From Octopus sinensis (lineage: Eukaryota): a DNA stretch of 64,000 nt. This document shows positions 47,624 through 61,050 of the stretch, piece by piece. The position numbers were made by a program, and so were the translations under genes. The DNA is taken from contig NC_043022.1 of the NCBI RefSeq assembly GCF_006345805.1, forward strand, positions 21,762,001 through 21,826,000. Direction: 5' to 3'. The number at the start of each line of letters is the position of its first letter. Within the stretch, counting starts at the first letter, position 1. The notes beneath the pieces were generated by a model. The model saw nothing but the letters and a program-made list of their open reading frames with translations, was not told the origin of the DNA and ran no database searches.

Positions 47624-47840
47624 GTTTGTGTGTCTTTGTTTGTCCCCCTAGCATTGCTTGACAACCGATGCTAGTGTGTTTACGTCGCCGTCACTTAGCG
47701 GTTCGGCAAAAGAGAGCGATAGAATAAGTACTAGGCTTACAAAGAATAAGTCCCGGGGTCGATTTGCTCGACTAAAGGCGGTGCTCCAGCATGGCCACAG
47801 TCAAATGACTGAAACAAGTAAAAGAGTAAAAGAGTAAAGA
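46495..47840 (+). mobile_element. Family E long copy (46495-46970) and family A SINE (47450-47840)
   Basis: Match other copies in the window. Confidence 0.85.
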
Positions 47841-49248
47841 GTATGGAATAAATGTTTGGTTACAGAAATATTTATAATGTCGGTTTGACTTGATGTCCGA
47901 GACTTTGTGCAACCTGCATGCTCTTTTCTATAATGCTTTGCCTGCACTCAATGAACAAAATTCCCATGATGCCTCGCGGTATACCAGTTTTTCTCTCCAG
48001 CAAACAACGTGACTCCTTCCTCTCTTTCGTCCACTCTGTCCACCCTGCTCTTGAATGCTTTTACTCTGTCTCCAGCATTGCTATTAACTTGATATTTCCA
48101 TGGCCATCAACCATTCCTCTATCACTTCCATCCACTCCAAGCTTACAGACTCCTACCTCAACTTCTCCTCCTCCTCCTCCTACCCTTCCTACACCAAAGT
48201 GTTCATCCCTTACTTGCAATTTCTCTTCTCTTGGCTCTGTAACGAGAACCATGACTTTAAAACATAGTCCCAACTCATGGATCGCCACTTCATCCAGTGG
48301 CGATTCCCTCCCCCACTGTTATTCAAACCATCCTCACCTGTACCCAGTCTGTTGACCACTCATCCACCCTCTCTTTCCATACCCGCCTTACCCTTACCCA
48401 CTTCCCTTTTCTCCTTACCTACCACCCTACCACCATACCCCCCAATGCTGTATATTACGCACTTTCCACCCATTCCTGTCCTTCTAATGGAACTCACCCT
48501 TTAGCAAATATTTAAAGTCTCCAGTTTGAGAATTAACATTCTCTCATCAGTCTTGGTGGCCGTACAAAGGATCACAGATACTGTCTTTGCTCCTCTAACT
48601 AAAAGATTCAATTTACTATAGACTCTGTACTAATTATGTATAATTTTTTTTAGTTATGTGAATGTTGTGGTTGTGTTGTATTAAGATAGAATCTGTACTT
48701 TTAATTGTTGTCTTTTCTTATTCTTGTAGATGTCTTTATCTGTGTGTAGATATTTATTATACTATCTGCTTCCGTGTCTCCCCTATCCCTGTTTCTCTCA
48801 AACAGAGACCAGTATGATCTTAATACAGTGATACTTTTACTGGTCACTCAGATTTCCAGTACCTTATTTGTTTTTGTTATTTTTTTCCTTTATGAAATGA
48901 AGAAAATGGACTTTATTGATCTAATTTGAGGATGGAACTCCCACTGCCAGAGTTTGTATTTTCTGGCCTTGTTAAAATGCCTCCATGTCTGCTTGTGCAA
49001 TTTGGATGCTAGACTTACACAATCACCTCGTTTAACATACCACTTGTCCCTTTACATGCTACTAGCAGGATACATTCTGTTGCAGACATTTGGGGCCAGG
49101 TTACCAGTTTTTTCCTTTCCCTTTCAGCAAGTCTTTACTTGCTGGGAGAAAACCCCCTGAAAAGAGGAGAGGAGTAAGGGGTAAAAAAAGCAGTCACAAA
49201 GGCAGCCCTTTTTCTTGTGACTAAAAACTACACACACACACATACACA

Positions 49249-50126
49249 CAGGGTGTTTAAGCTAAATTTGATTGTTTTTTTTCTATGTCTCCTTTTTTCA
49301 GAAACAGCTTGATGTATTGGTGAACTCTGTGCGGTGTTGGAGAGCATAAAGATAAAAATTGTAGTTGAGTTAGCTGACATAGAGGATTGGAGGCCATCTG
49401 AATATTTGAAAATAGTTACCTGTATCTTGATGATTTGCACTGGGAATCAAAATGCTGGCATCATGACTACTGGTCAATGCTCTGAGAACATCGAAAAGGC
49501 TGTAAGATGTAACATGAACAGCTGCAATGGAGATTATGAAGTTAAGGCCAGCAGGCATTCTGACTATATCTGCACATTGGAATTCATCCCACATCTTTGA
49601 AGAGGGCCTTAGGCTCAGTTCAGAAGGCTGTGTGAAGCTGCTGTAGACTGGTCAAATTCTAACCGGAAGGGGTTGCTGCTGGATGGCCATATGTATGGCA
49701 ACAGGATTTGGCTCCTTGCCATACTTTTGGAAAGAGGCAGAAGTGGTTGTCAGCGAATTTCAACATCATCATCATTAGCTCCAATTTCTGGCTTCCAACT
49801 CCCCCAGATTGTAATCCCGTGGATTACTATATGTGGAGCACAGCTGAAGAGGACACCAACTACTGTCTGCAACACCAAGGCCAAGCTAGTGGTCAAAATT
49901 AAGGAGGCGTTCAAAGATCTTTCCAGGGGACACAGTGAAGAATGCATGCACCAGGTTCCAGAGCTGTCTTGAGGTCACGGTGGAAGCTGAGGGTGGCTAC
50001 TTTAAGAAAATTGTTATCTCCCAACCATAATCTAGTTGATATTTTTTGAGTTTTTAAAATACTTGATGAGATATTCAGTTTTATTTTCTTTGTATGCAGA
50101 CTGTCAAATTTAGCTCAAACACCCTG
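49249..50126 (+). mobile_element. Internally deleted DD37D (maT-like) transposon with 23-bp TIRs
   Basis: cagggtgtttaagctaaatttga / tcaaatttagctcaaacaccctg; LAPCHTFGKRQKWLS...PPDCNPVDYYMW. Confidence 0.85.
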
Positions 50127-52100
50127 TTTATATGAGGCGGGATGTCAAGTCCTTCAAGTTGCTGCCCCCCACCCGTCTCTTTTTTTTTATTGCTTTATAT
50201 TTCCAAAGTAATGGGTAAAGATAATATAATTTGATGTTTTATCTTGGAAATCAGTATTTTTTCCCCCAGTGGCCTTGCAGTAACAGCTTCATCTTTAACA
50301 GGTCAACTGGCGCGAGCAACCTTCTTTCTTTGTCCTCCAGAATCGTCCACCTCAATTGAAACAGTGCAATGAATGCAGCAGAACAATTTTTTTGTCTTCG
50401 CTTGATGTCAGTGAGACTCTCCTCCAGTACCAAGGTATGGACATGATGGACTCTTCATTACTACACAAAAAAAAAAAAAAAAAAAGAAATTGCAACAACC
50501 ATTTCCAGAACCGTCTCATCCCACTGGCTACCTAACTAACTCCCTAACTCCAATGTGTTAGTAAACTGAACCTGCTGCTCTGAAATGTCCATCCTTGATG
50601 ATGATGCTGCTGCCATCTTCAGGATCAATACCCTTTTAACCACAACCCTTCAATCCTGTCTGTCTTCTGTTGATTTCTGATGCTGCCTTACGCTGATCTA
50701 TACTGCATCTGCTTCCGACATCTTCAGTGTACTTTTACAGCTTTGTTAGCTTCCTACCTTGATTGAAATCTTTTTATCTTGCTCTGTCTCTCATCAGTTC
50801 CTCATTGACCTTAGCTTGCTCACCCCTACACATAAACCACAGTCTCTTTCTCATTTGTCCATTCATCCTTCAGTTTGGATGTGGCTAGTGGCATTGCATC
50901 TCACTCTCTCCCTCTGTCTTTTCGCTTTCTTTCCTCTTTGTTCTCCTCACTTCTTACAACCCTAAACTGATCTTCAGATTTAACATGCACATATTTTTTT
51001 TTTTTTGGTTAGGAATTGTCGTCTTGCCTACAACTTCTCAGCATGTTGCTGTTATTGATTATCTTCTTTCCTGCTCATGCAAAAGAAAAAGAAACGAAAA
51101 GCATACATTATTTTCTTTTGCAAAAACTACTACATGCATGTGTGTTTGTTTGGGTTTTTAAATAAGAGAAAAAGAAATATATTCTCTGTGCATTCATATA
51201 GATACAGGGAGACTTAGAGATGCAGTGAACACTCACCTTTGCATGAATGTAGATCTGTGTGTATGTGTGTGTGTGTGTGTTCATATATACATCCAGCAGT
51301 TTGGATGGTGTTAATGTACATAGAGCTCTCTAATCTCAACAGTCATACATCTAACTGTACATACAATATACCGTATTATATATACGAGCAAATAGACTGC
51401 TCTCTCTGCTCTCTGGGTGTTTTCTGCTGCTTGCTAAATGAATTCTAGTTATTGTTAATTTTTCTAGTATGCTACATCCAATTTTCTTTTGAAACCCTTA
51501 TTTTTGAATAGTACTCATTCACTCAATAAATTTAGGTTATGACTACAGAAATGTTTCCTGCTGAATTTGTTTTCCTGCAACTTTTTTTGAAAAATGGATA
51601 TTTATTAATGAAGGTTTCTGGAAATAACTTTCAGATAGTGTAGAAAATTATCATATCAGTATTTTTAGTGAAAAACTTCTTGTCCCCACTAACATCGCTT
51701 GGCAACTGATGCTGGTGTGTTTATGTCCCCGTAACTTAGCGGCTCGGCAAAAGAGACCGATAGAATAAGTACTAGGCTTCCAAAGAATAAGTCCTGGGGT
51801 CGATTTGCTTGATTAAAGGCGGTGCTCCAGCATGGTCACAGTCAAATGACTGAAACAAGTAAAAGAGCAAAAGATAATATATATATATTGGTAAAAACGG
51901 TAAGATAACAAAAGAAAGAAATAGAGGAAATAGAGGAAATTCATCTGTAAAATAATATGTGACAATTATTCGGTAGCCAATTATTCAAAGAGATGGTGTT
52001 GTGGATTTCCACCTTGGCATCCGATACTCAGAGTTTTATCTTGGCTATTGAATAATTGTCACATATTAATTTACAGATATATATATATATATATTCATAC

Positions 52101-52147
<47 letters not shown>

Positions 52148-52431
52148 GTTTGTGTGTGTGTATGTATGTGTGCAAGGAATTTCATTAAGGCAATAGTCAA
52201 AAGACCTTCACAAAGCATCATGAGCAAGCTAAGAAGAATCTTTACATCTATACACCAAATGGAAAAAACAAAAGCATTGTTTATTGAGACATTATAAATT
52301 GCCCTCAAAAATAGGGAAATCTGTCCTGATCAAGAGGCCTATCTATCAGAGAAAACCTGGTCTGACTTGGAATTAAAAAAAATTGAAATAAAGGCATTGA
52401 TTTGTGAAAATTGCTTGAAAGAATGGTATAT

Positions 52432-52780
52432 ATCATCATCATCGTTTAACGTCTGTTTTCCATGCTAGCATGGGTTGGATGGTTCGACTGGGGTCTGGGA
52501 AGCCAGAAGGCTGCACCAGGCTCCAGTCTGATCTGGCAGTGTTTCTACAGCTGGATGCCCATCCTAATGCCAACCATTCCGTGAGTGTAGTGTGTACTTT
52601 TTACATGCCACCGGCACAGAAGCCAGTTAGGGCGGCGCTAGCATTGGCCATATACGGGTGGTGCTTTTTACATGCCACTGGCACAGGTATCAACTACAAT
52701 TTCCATTTGATTTATGATGTTGATGTACTTGACTCAATAGGTCTCCTCAAGCACAGCAGGTCGCGCTACAATCCAAGATA
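52432..52780 (-). mobile_element. Family E long copy
   Basis: Reverse complement of 46495-46970. Confidence 0.85.
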
Positions 52781-53306
52781 AGCACAGTAGGTCGTCCTGT
52801 GATCCAAGGCACTTCGGATGGGCTGGGGCTGCTATGTGAAGCTGGTGCAGGAAACAGCCATGTTTCGCTAGGTTTGTTGCTGGATGTGTAAAAGAATTTC
52901 TAAGTGAAATTCTACTTGTACACACACATATATATATATATATACATATTCATATGGAATAAAGATATCTTGTAGAACAGATAAGGGCTGGGGACAGGAA
53001 AGTCCTTCAGTCTTAAAATACTGCTTCAGTAGCTCTCTGTTCTCCCCACGCCAGCGTAGAAAAATAAACATAAAAAGAATCAATGAAAGAATAAAGGCAT
53101 CACTGTCTTTCACTGTACATTTATGATTATGTCACAGTTACTGTTCTTCATTCTGATTCAGTAATTTTCTTGATTTTAAAAATATATTTTGTCAGATTTG
53201 ATGTTTTTCTTCTTTTTCTCATCTGAATTTAATTTCTTTCTTGTATCTCTGAATACAGTTGGTCTTTGACCATCCTTTCAATATTCTGCTTTTCAGTATC
53301 AAATGT

Positions 53307-53623
53307 GTGGAGGCACATGGCCTAGTGGTTAGAGCAGCAGATTCACGGTCGAGGGATCGCAGGTTCGAATCTCAGACCGGGCAATGTGTGTGTGTGTGTT
53401 TATGAGTGAAGCACCTAAGCTCCACGCGGCTCCGGCAGAAGGTAATGGCGAACTTCTGCTGACTCTTTTGCCACAACTTTCTCTCACTCTTTCCTCCTGC
53501 ATCTTGCTGCTCACCTGCGACGGACCGGCGTCCCGTCCAGGTGGGGAACCTATACGCCAAGGAAACCAGGAAGCCGGCCCTTATGAGCCAGGCATGGCTT
53601 GAGAAGGTACAAACAAACAAACA
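53307..53623 (+). mobile_element. tRNA-derived SINE (family C variant), 12-bp TSD agtatcaaatgt, (ACAA)n tail
   Basis: TSD at 53295-53306 and 53624-53635. Confidence 0.92.
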
Positions 53624-53847
53624 AGTATCAAATGTTACCATGTATTATTTGGTGGTTAATTGATTTTCTTAATAAATTTTATACTTTAATTCAGTTTAAT
53701 ATTTAATTTGACAATTTTTTAAAGTTTCTCTTTCTCTCTCTCCCCATCTCTTCTTTGTCTTACTATATTTTCTCAACTTGGAATTGATCTGCATGATACT
53801 TATTAGTTTTATTCAACCTGGTCATTAAATGAAATACAAATGATACC

Positions 53848-54245
53848 CTAGGCATAGGAGTGGCTGTGTGGTCAGTAGCTTGCTTACCAACCACATGCTC
53901 CCGGGTTCAGTCCCACTGCGTGGCACCTTGGGCAAGTGTCTTCTACTATAGCCTCGGGTCGACCAAAGCCTTGCGAGTGGATTTGGTAGACGGAAACTGA
54001 AAGAAGCCCGTTGTATATATGTATATGTATGTGTGTGTATATGTTTGTGTGTCTGCGTTTGTCCTCCCAACATCGCTTGACAACCGATGCTGGTGTGTTT
54101 ACGACCCCGTAACTTAGCGGTTCAGCAAAAAGACCGATAGAATAAGTACTAGGCTTCCAAAGAATACGTCCTGGGGTTGATTTGCTCAACTAAAGGCGGT
54201 GCTCCAGCATGGCCACAGTCAAATGACTAAAACAAGTAAAAGAGT
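53848..54245 (+). mobile_element. Family A SINE
   Basis: Full head-to-tail match. Confidence 0.9.
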
Positions 54246-54935
54246 ACTGGACTGTGTTGGATTTGATGACCGCAGTTTGCATAAGGACTTTTTTCTTATT
54301 CATATTTGAAGTAAATTTAATTTGAAAACAAAAACAATGAATAAATTAAAATTTAGAAATGGCCTGGATATATTAAATTCAATTTAAAAAGAATATAAAA
54401 AGGTAAATTTTTTCTTGCTTCTCTGTTTTTCTCTGGTTTCAGAATCCAACTATGTAATTTCTTCAACCTGCTTGCGGATGCTACTGTTTATTATATCCAG
54501 TTTCATTTCATGCCTTTTTGTTTGTTTTTTTTTCTTTTTTAATATTTTTCTACTCTAACCCTTTAGCATTCAGATTATTCTGTCAAATGTATTATTTTTA
54601 TATTTACATTGTTTTGAATTAATCATGCACTATCTTGTAGTTTTCAGATTTCAACGACATGACTATATTTAGAATGACAAATGTTGGGTAGGTGTGAAAG
54701 GCCAGATCTGGCCAGTTTGACCATAAAGCAGGATGAATATTTGGGCCAGAAATGGCTAGTTTAAATGCAAAAGTGTTAATATTGACTTTAACTTCAGTTT
54801 TTAACATTTAATATAATTTTTTCTTCTTTATTCATGTCTAAATTAATGTTAGTTCTGTTTAATTTTTCTTTTACATTTGTGTCTCACTTACTCACTCACA
54901 CATTCTTTTATTTCGTTTTTCTCTCACATCTCCAG

Positions 54936-55189
54936 AGTCCAACTATGTGATAGTATGCATTTGGGTTTTATCCGACAATGATGACCGGCAGAAGTATTCC
55001 GTCAAAGTTCTACACACGGCTACTCCACAGCTCGTGATTGCAGAAGCAATTCGCAGGCGAACACGCAGCATGCAGCTAACAGCTGACCAGCAGCAGTCCT
55101 GCATCCAGCAGTATACCAATGCTTATGTGCTGAAAGTGTGTGGCTGTAACCAATACTTGCTGGAAGAGTATTCCCTCAGCCAATATAGG
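54936..55189 (+). CDS. PIK3CA: PIK3CA coding exon 3 (Ras-binding domain), 254 nt
   Basis: ccag|AG TCC AAC TAT gives ESNYVIVCIWV...IAEAIRRRTRSM...YVLKVCGCNQYLLEEYSLSQYR; donor |gtaagt (phase 0). Confidence 0.96.
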
Positions 55190-55214
55190 GTAAGTTCAAA
55201 GATATTATTTATTT

Positions 55215-55400
55215 TTCTGCTCTTCTCCTCTGGAAGCCAACTGCTCGCGATACCAGAGGGCGAACACTCTCCTACCCTGATGTAATCTCTAGGGATACAG
55301 GCATCCAGCAACAGGACCTCAGTAATGCTATGACTGTGAAGTCTGGCGTAACATGGTATATTCCATTGTCTCGACCACGGTCAAACAATGATGATGATTT
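55215..55400 (+). mobile_element. RTE LINE 3' end with (GAT)n tail
   Basis: LLLWKPTARDTRGRTLSYPDVISRDTGIQQQDLSNAM...VWRNMVYSIVSTTVKQ*. Confidence 0.75.
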
Positions 55401-56084
55401 TTGTAAGTGATGTATTCACTGATGTTAGTGTTAGCAGTGACCAGAGATGTTTATGTTGTTGTTTAGCCTCAAGTCAGTCCCGATCCAATTGACCTATGAT
55501 CAGTGACACTCCAGTTATGGCTCATCTGTATTTTATTAAGATATTAGTGTATCTATGGACAGAGGTATGGCTTAGTAGGTAAGCTATTTGCTTCACAACC
55601 ATGAGGTCTGGGTTCACTTGCACTGCATGATACCATTGCGTTGAGTCAATCCAAGCCACAGTGAATGGCCAGCAACACTTACTGCAGTAGCCACTCCACC
55701 TCGTGGGGCTCATTTCTCTGATAGGCCACTGCTATCCCTAATTTTGCGCAGATTGTCAGTAGTACAGGTTTTGTGAGCACCTGACACCTAGACAGTAACT
55801 GGCACAAACTGATATTGGCTGGTCAGGCTCCTGTACTTATTGAGTTTTCTCTCTTCTGTGCTATGGGTAGCGACACTGGGGTAAGATGGTGGGGGTAACA
55901 AAAGTGGTAGGGCACCAAAGTAAATTTCCTTTTAGTGTTCACCCTGTCGTGATCCGGGAAAATGGAAACTGTTTAGAATCTTGTCAGTTGGACTCTACTT
56001 GTTATTTTGTTATTCAAAATTCAAACCTTGTCACATTTATATCCTGCTGATTCAACTTAAGAATTACATTAAGGGTATATCTGT

Positions 56085-57515
56085 CTGTGGTGAGCTGGCA
56101 GAAACGTTAGCATGCTGGGCGAAATGCGTAGCCATAATTTATCTGCCGTTACGTTCTGAGTTCAAATTCTGCCGATGTTGGGGGGACAAACACAGACACA
56201 CAAACGTATGCACACACACACATACATACATACATATATATATATATATTTACACATATATACGATGGGCTTCTTTCAGTTTCCATCTACCAAATCCACT
56301 TACAAGGCTTTGGTCGGCCCGAGGCTATAGTAGAAGACACTTGCCCAAGGTGCCACACAGTGGAAGTGAACCCAGAACCATGTGGTTGGTAAGCAAAATA
56401 CTTACCACACAGCCACTCCTACGCCTTTATCTAACTATATTGATGATAGTGATGATGATGATACCTCATTATTTGCCGTTCTATTGCAGTATATTCGTGA
56501 ATGTATAGCCCGAGATAAAATACCCCAACTAATGTTGCAGACGAAAGATTCTGTTTATTTGGCAATACCTGAAAATATTTTTTGGATCCCAACATATGTA
56601 CAGAAAGGTGAGCGAACTTCTTGAATTTCATTTTGTCTTGCATATTTTTTTTTTCTCTTCTGCGTCTTTTGCTTTCTTTGTCTTTCCCATCCTTCTTTCT
56701 GCCCTTTTTTTAAAACTATCTGGCTTCCGTGCTGGTGGCACGTAAAGATCACCATTTGAGCATGATCGTTACCAGCGTCGCCACACTGGAACTTGTGCCA
56801 GTGACACGTGAACAAAACATTTGAGCAAGGTCGTTGCCAGTGCCGCTGGACTGTTTCCTGTGCAGGTGGCACGTAAAAAACACCATTTCAAGCATGGCCG
56901 TTGCCAGTACCGCCAGACTGGCCCTCGTGCCGGTGACATGTAAAAGCACTCACTACACTCTCGGAGTGGTTGGCATTAGGAAGGGCATCCAGCTGTAGAA
57001 ACTCTGCCAGATTAGATTGGAGCCTGGTGCAGCCATCTGGTTCGCCGGTCCTCAGTCAAATCATCCAACCCATGCTAGCATGGATAACGGACGTTGAATG
57101 ATGATGATGATGATTGTCTATTATTTTGATATTCTCAGCTGGTTGAGATAACACTTCCAATCAGTTAAGATCAGAAGCCATGAGAGCCACTGTCTGGTAT
57201 TGCATCAGGGCATTTATTATTATATTTATTATTTGGTTTTCCTAAATATATATATATATATATATATATGGCTTCCGTGCCGGTGGCACGTAAAAAGCAC
57301 CATCCAATCATGGCCGTTGCCAGCCTCGTCTGGCACGTAACAAGCACCCACTACACTCACAGAGTGGTTGGCGTTAGGAAGGGCATCCAGCCATAGAAAC
57401 ATTGCCAGATCAGACTGGGCCTGGTGCTGCCTTCTGGCTTCCCAAACCCCAGTTGAACCGTCCAACCCATGCCAGCATGGAAAGCGGACGCTAAACGATG
57501 ATGATGATGATGATG
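56085..57515. mobile_element. Intronic SINEs around coding exon 4: family B/A (56085-56425), family E + (56720-57115 and 57270-57515)
   Basis: Match other copies. The span brackets but does not include exon 56490-56607. Confidence 0.8.
56490..56607 (+). CDS. PIK3CA: PIK3CA coding exon 4 (end of RBD), 118 nt
   Basis: ttgcag|TAT ATT CGT gives YIRECIARDKIPQLMLQTKDSVYLAIPENIFWIPTYVQK(G); donor G|gtgagc. Confidence 0.94.
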
Positions 57516-57552
57516 ATATATATTTTGTTTCTTTTTCCCCCATTTCTTTCAG

Positions 57553-57671
57553 GTGTGCAAGCATTGAATGATATTACGAAACAAGAAACTATTCCTATCT
57601 GGACTATCAAAACTAAACTGCGCATCAAGATAAACAGTGCTACTTATGTCAATGTGAAAGGAGAAGGCAAG
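57553..57671 (+). CDS. PIK3CA: PIK3CA coding exon 5 (RBD-C2 linker, start of C2), 119 nt
   Basis: tttcag|GT GTG CAA gives (G)VQALNDITKQETIPIWTIKTKLRIKINSATYVNVKGEGK; donor |gtaaaa. Matches human LRIKILCATYVNV. Confidence 0.94.
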
Positions 57672-58179
57672 GTAAAATACAGACGCCTCTTTTCTTTGAA
57701 GTTTTACTTGCATTAATAAATATAATGACATGGGTGTAGAGTAAGTTCTGCCTTTCAAGCTTTTGGGGTTGATAAAATAAGTACCATTTGAACATTAGGG
57801 ATGATGTAATCGACCGACTGCCTCCCACGAAATTTCAGGCCTTTGTGCCTATAGTAGAAAGGGTTATTGACAATAGATTGGAAGAATGATTAGAGCATTG
57901 AACTTTATTCCTTGTTGTATTCAGTTAAATTCTTTTATGTTTTTAGTCCATATCCTGTTATGGCCAATTATGTCTTTTATCTTTTTTTTGGTGGGGTGGG
58001 GGTCAATAAAAAACGTATCAGTCAAATACTGGGAATCAGTAACGTTGACTGAATTCCCTTTTCCCAGATTTCTACTCTCTTGGAACGCAAAGTAAAAATA
58101 ATGCTTATTATTATTGAATGTGTGTAAATGTTTCTTACCAAGCAAGTTTTTTACTACAGCCATGCCTCTGCTTAATATA

Positions 58180-59049
58180 CAGGGTGCGGTGAATAAACCA
58201 TCATCTAAATTATGCAAAAATGAGAATAACTCTGACATCCCATTTTAACAGATATATTTACCAAAATTACATAAAAATATCTTGAAATACTAAAGAGTAA
58301 ATTTATTCAATAAAATCACCATTGGTTTCAACCACAGCCTCCAGATGACTTCAGAATCTCCTGCAACTCTTCTGGACGGTCTCTTTGTTTAAGTTAGTGA
58401 ATGCTGCCATAATCCTTGCCTTCAGTCCATCTTTGATGTTACAAGGAGTTTTGTTGGGCTCTTGCTCAACTGCGCTCCACACATAATAATCAATAGGGTT
58501 GCAGTCTGGGGAATTAGGTGACCAGATGTCAGGGGTGGTGTGGTCGCAGAAATTGTCTGACAGCCATGACTGGGCTCCCCTGCAAGTGTGGCATGGTGCA
58601 GAATCCTGTTGCCAAACATAGGGTCTTCCAGCAACCACCCTCTTGACACAGGGCAGCACTACCTCCTTTAGGCACTTGATGTAGGCCTCCATATTGAGTC
58701 TGAGACCATGTGGGAAGGTGAATGGAGGTATAACATCGCCATCACTAGTGATCACTTCAAACATGATGATGTTGACTGGATGTTTCATTTTGATCACTCT
58801 GTACATTTCCTCAGATTGACATCCAAACACTCTGAAATGTTTGTATTGGAGCTTCTGGTGCAAAACCAAGCAGTACAGCATGTCATTTCCAAATTTCTGG
58901 CTGAGTGAATTATGTCATGGTCCTATTTTTCTCACAGACGGTGCCAGACTGACCCTACTATACTTTGTAGTTGATAAAATTAAAAACAAGCAATGCGCAC
59001 ATGCGAAATTAAAAATATAAAATGGTGACAATTTATCCATTGCACTTTG
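58180..59049 (-). mobile_element. Non-autonomous DD37D (maT/mori-like) Tc1/mariner element, TA TSD
   Basis: ORF 58351-58881 with WQQDSAPCH...SPDCNPIDY (37 residues between the two Ds); termini ta|cagggtgc ... gcactttg|ta. Confidence 0.9.
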
Positions 59050-59435
59050 TATATATAAAACAGTGTACATAAGCAGGGAAAGAACTTATAGACTTTCTCA
59101 AAATAGTAGCCAAACATCCTTTGAACTACACAAAGTATTCCATATTTAATTCATAGTTTAACCCTTTAGCATTTAAACTGGCCATATCCAGCCATGATAT
59201 TCTTCAAGTTTTAAGTGCAAACTGGCCAGATCCTGCCTCTTACTCCTACCTACAATGTCATTCTAAAAATAAGCAATCACATCACTGAAATCTCGAAGTT
59301 ACAAAATAATGCATGAATAATTGTAAGCAATGTAAATAAAAAGCATTACATTTGATACAATAATCTGCGTGCTGAAAGATTAAAGATCTCTTGTGAATCT
59401 TGTATTAAGAAATATTTCTTGCATTCTTTCTCTAG

Positions 59436-59624
59436 ATTTATGTGAAAACTGGTCTTTTCCATGGAACTGAACTATTGTGTCCAACCAAAGAAACTGAGTG
59501 TGTTGACTCTCTAAATCCCCGCTGGAACCAATGGCTTGAATATGAAATTCCAGTATCTGAGATACCACGAAGTGCTCGACTCTGCCTTTCAATATGTTCT
59601 GTTGCTAAGCGACGGAAAACCAAA
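59436..59624 (+). CDS. PIK3CA: PIK3CA coding exon 6 (C2 domain), 189 nt
   Basis: tctag|ATT TAT GTG gives IYVKTGLFHG...NPRWNQWLEYEIPVSEIPRSARLCLSICSVAKRRKTK; donor |gtgagt. Confidence 0.96.
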
Positions 59625-59697
59625 GTGAGTTTTTTTTTTTTTTTTTTTGCACTTACCTGCTTTGAATATTCTGCATCATCATTAGCAGCAGTAGCAG

Positions 59698-60070
59698 TGG
59701 AGGTACAATGGCCCAATGGTTAGGGCAGCAGACTCGCAGTCGGAGGATCGCAGTTTCGATTCCCAGACCAGGTGTTGTGTGTGTTTATTGACCGAAAACA
59801 CCTAAAGCGCCACGAGGCTCCGGCAGGGAGTGGTGGAGACCCCTGTTGTACTCTTTTGCTCCAACTTTCTCTCACTCTTTCTTCCTGTTTCTTGTCCCCG
59901 ACTTCCTACGCAACCGCTGAGCCTGGATGCACATTCATCCATCCGTCGATGCTCTCGGTGTTGGAGGTTGACCTGCTTTCTCTTCTGCGGGTCTTACGAA
60001 TAGCAAAGGACCATGTTTCGGACTTCTCCTATCTTGCGAGCTCTGGGACGAAGACCGTTCGCTCAACAGC
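59698..60070 (+). mobile_element. Family C SINE (another copy at about 61438-61710)
   Basis: gtggagg..caatggccca.tggttagggcag head, B box gtttcgattccc. Confidence 0.85.
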
Positions 60071-60930
60071 AGCAGCAGCATTAGCACCAAAACCATCATC
60101 ATCAGTACTAGCATCACCCATCATTGTGAACATTCATTTTGCATCCATTTTCTATTCCACTGGTTGTTGGATGGATTTGCACGACTGATTCCTCCCATGC
60201 ATATACATCCCACATCATCATCGTCATCATAATCATCATTTAATATCTATTTCCCCTACTAGCATGGATTTGATGGTTTGACAGGATCCAGTGAGTCACA
60301 GGTCTGCATTGTGCCCCACGTCAACTTTGGCATGGTTTCTTACAGCTGCAAGCCCTTTATAATGCTAACAACTTTTAAAGGCGGTGCTCCAGCATGGCCA
60401 CAGTCAAATGACTGAAACAAGCAAAAGAATAACTTTACAGTATGTGCTGAGTGCTTTTTATATGCCACCAGCACTAGTGGGATTGACAAGTAACTTGCAA
60501 GACAGGACAGTACAAGAAAAAGGAATGAAATAAGGGGCTGGGTAGACTGGGAAAGGTGCATTTGACCAAATAGGGGGAACATTTGAGAGATGAGAGAGAA
60601 GATTTTATGCCTGGTACAAACAGGAAGTCATTGTGGGGTTGCTTGACCTGTCAAACACTGCACCTAAATCTTCCTCAGATGCTACCCAACCATCATCATC
60701 ATCCTAATCACCATGGCTACATCATCTCTACCAACAATGCCAGCGTCAGTTATCATTTCTGTTACCATCACCACCACTACTATCACCACAAGTCACTTCT
60801 AACACCACCCCTACCAGCACCATCACTATCATCATCTCTTATCACTTGTCACCTCTGTAAACACTGTCATCATCATCATCATCATCATCCTTACCATCTC
60901 ATTCACCTGCAGCACCACCATCATCTTCGT

Positions 60931-61050
60931 CACCATCTGTCTTCTATCATCACCATCTGTCTTCTATCATCACCATCTGTCTTCTATCATCACCATCTGT
61001 CTTCTATCATCACCATCTGTCTTCGATCATCACCATCTGTCTTCTGTCAT
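60931..61050. repeat. 20-bp minisatellite CACCATCTGTCTTCTATCAT x6 in CAT/CAC low-complexity DNA
   Basis: Four perfect and two variant units. Confidence 0.95.

Noticed and set aside
47870-48520. ORFs of 72-145 aa in a C-rich / G-rich patch
   Set aside because: Looks like a decayed repeat plus low complexity; family could not be assigned and no splice-compatible link to PIK3CA.
52868-53113. Antisense ORF MKDSDAFILSLILFMFIFLRWRGENRELLKQYF..., resembling a small membrane protein
   Set aside because: GTG start, no recognised homology, runs into (TA)n. The hydrophobicity follows from T-rich intron composition.
54951-54954. Alternative in-frame acceptor TAG| at 54953 removing ESNYVI
   Set aside because: Poor pyrimidine tract, a strong acceptor 18 nt upstream, and it would truncate the first RBD strand.
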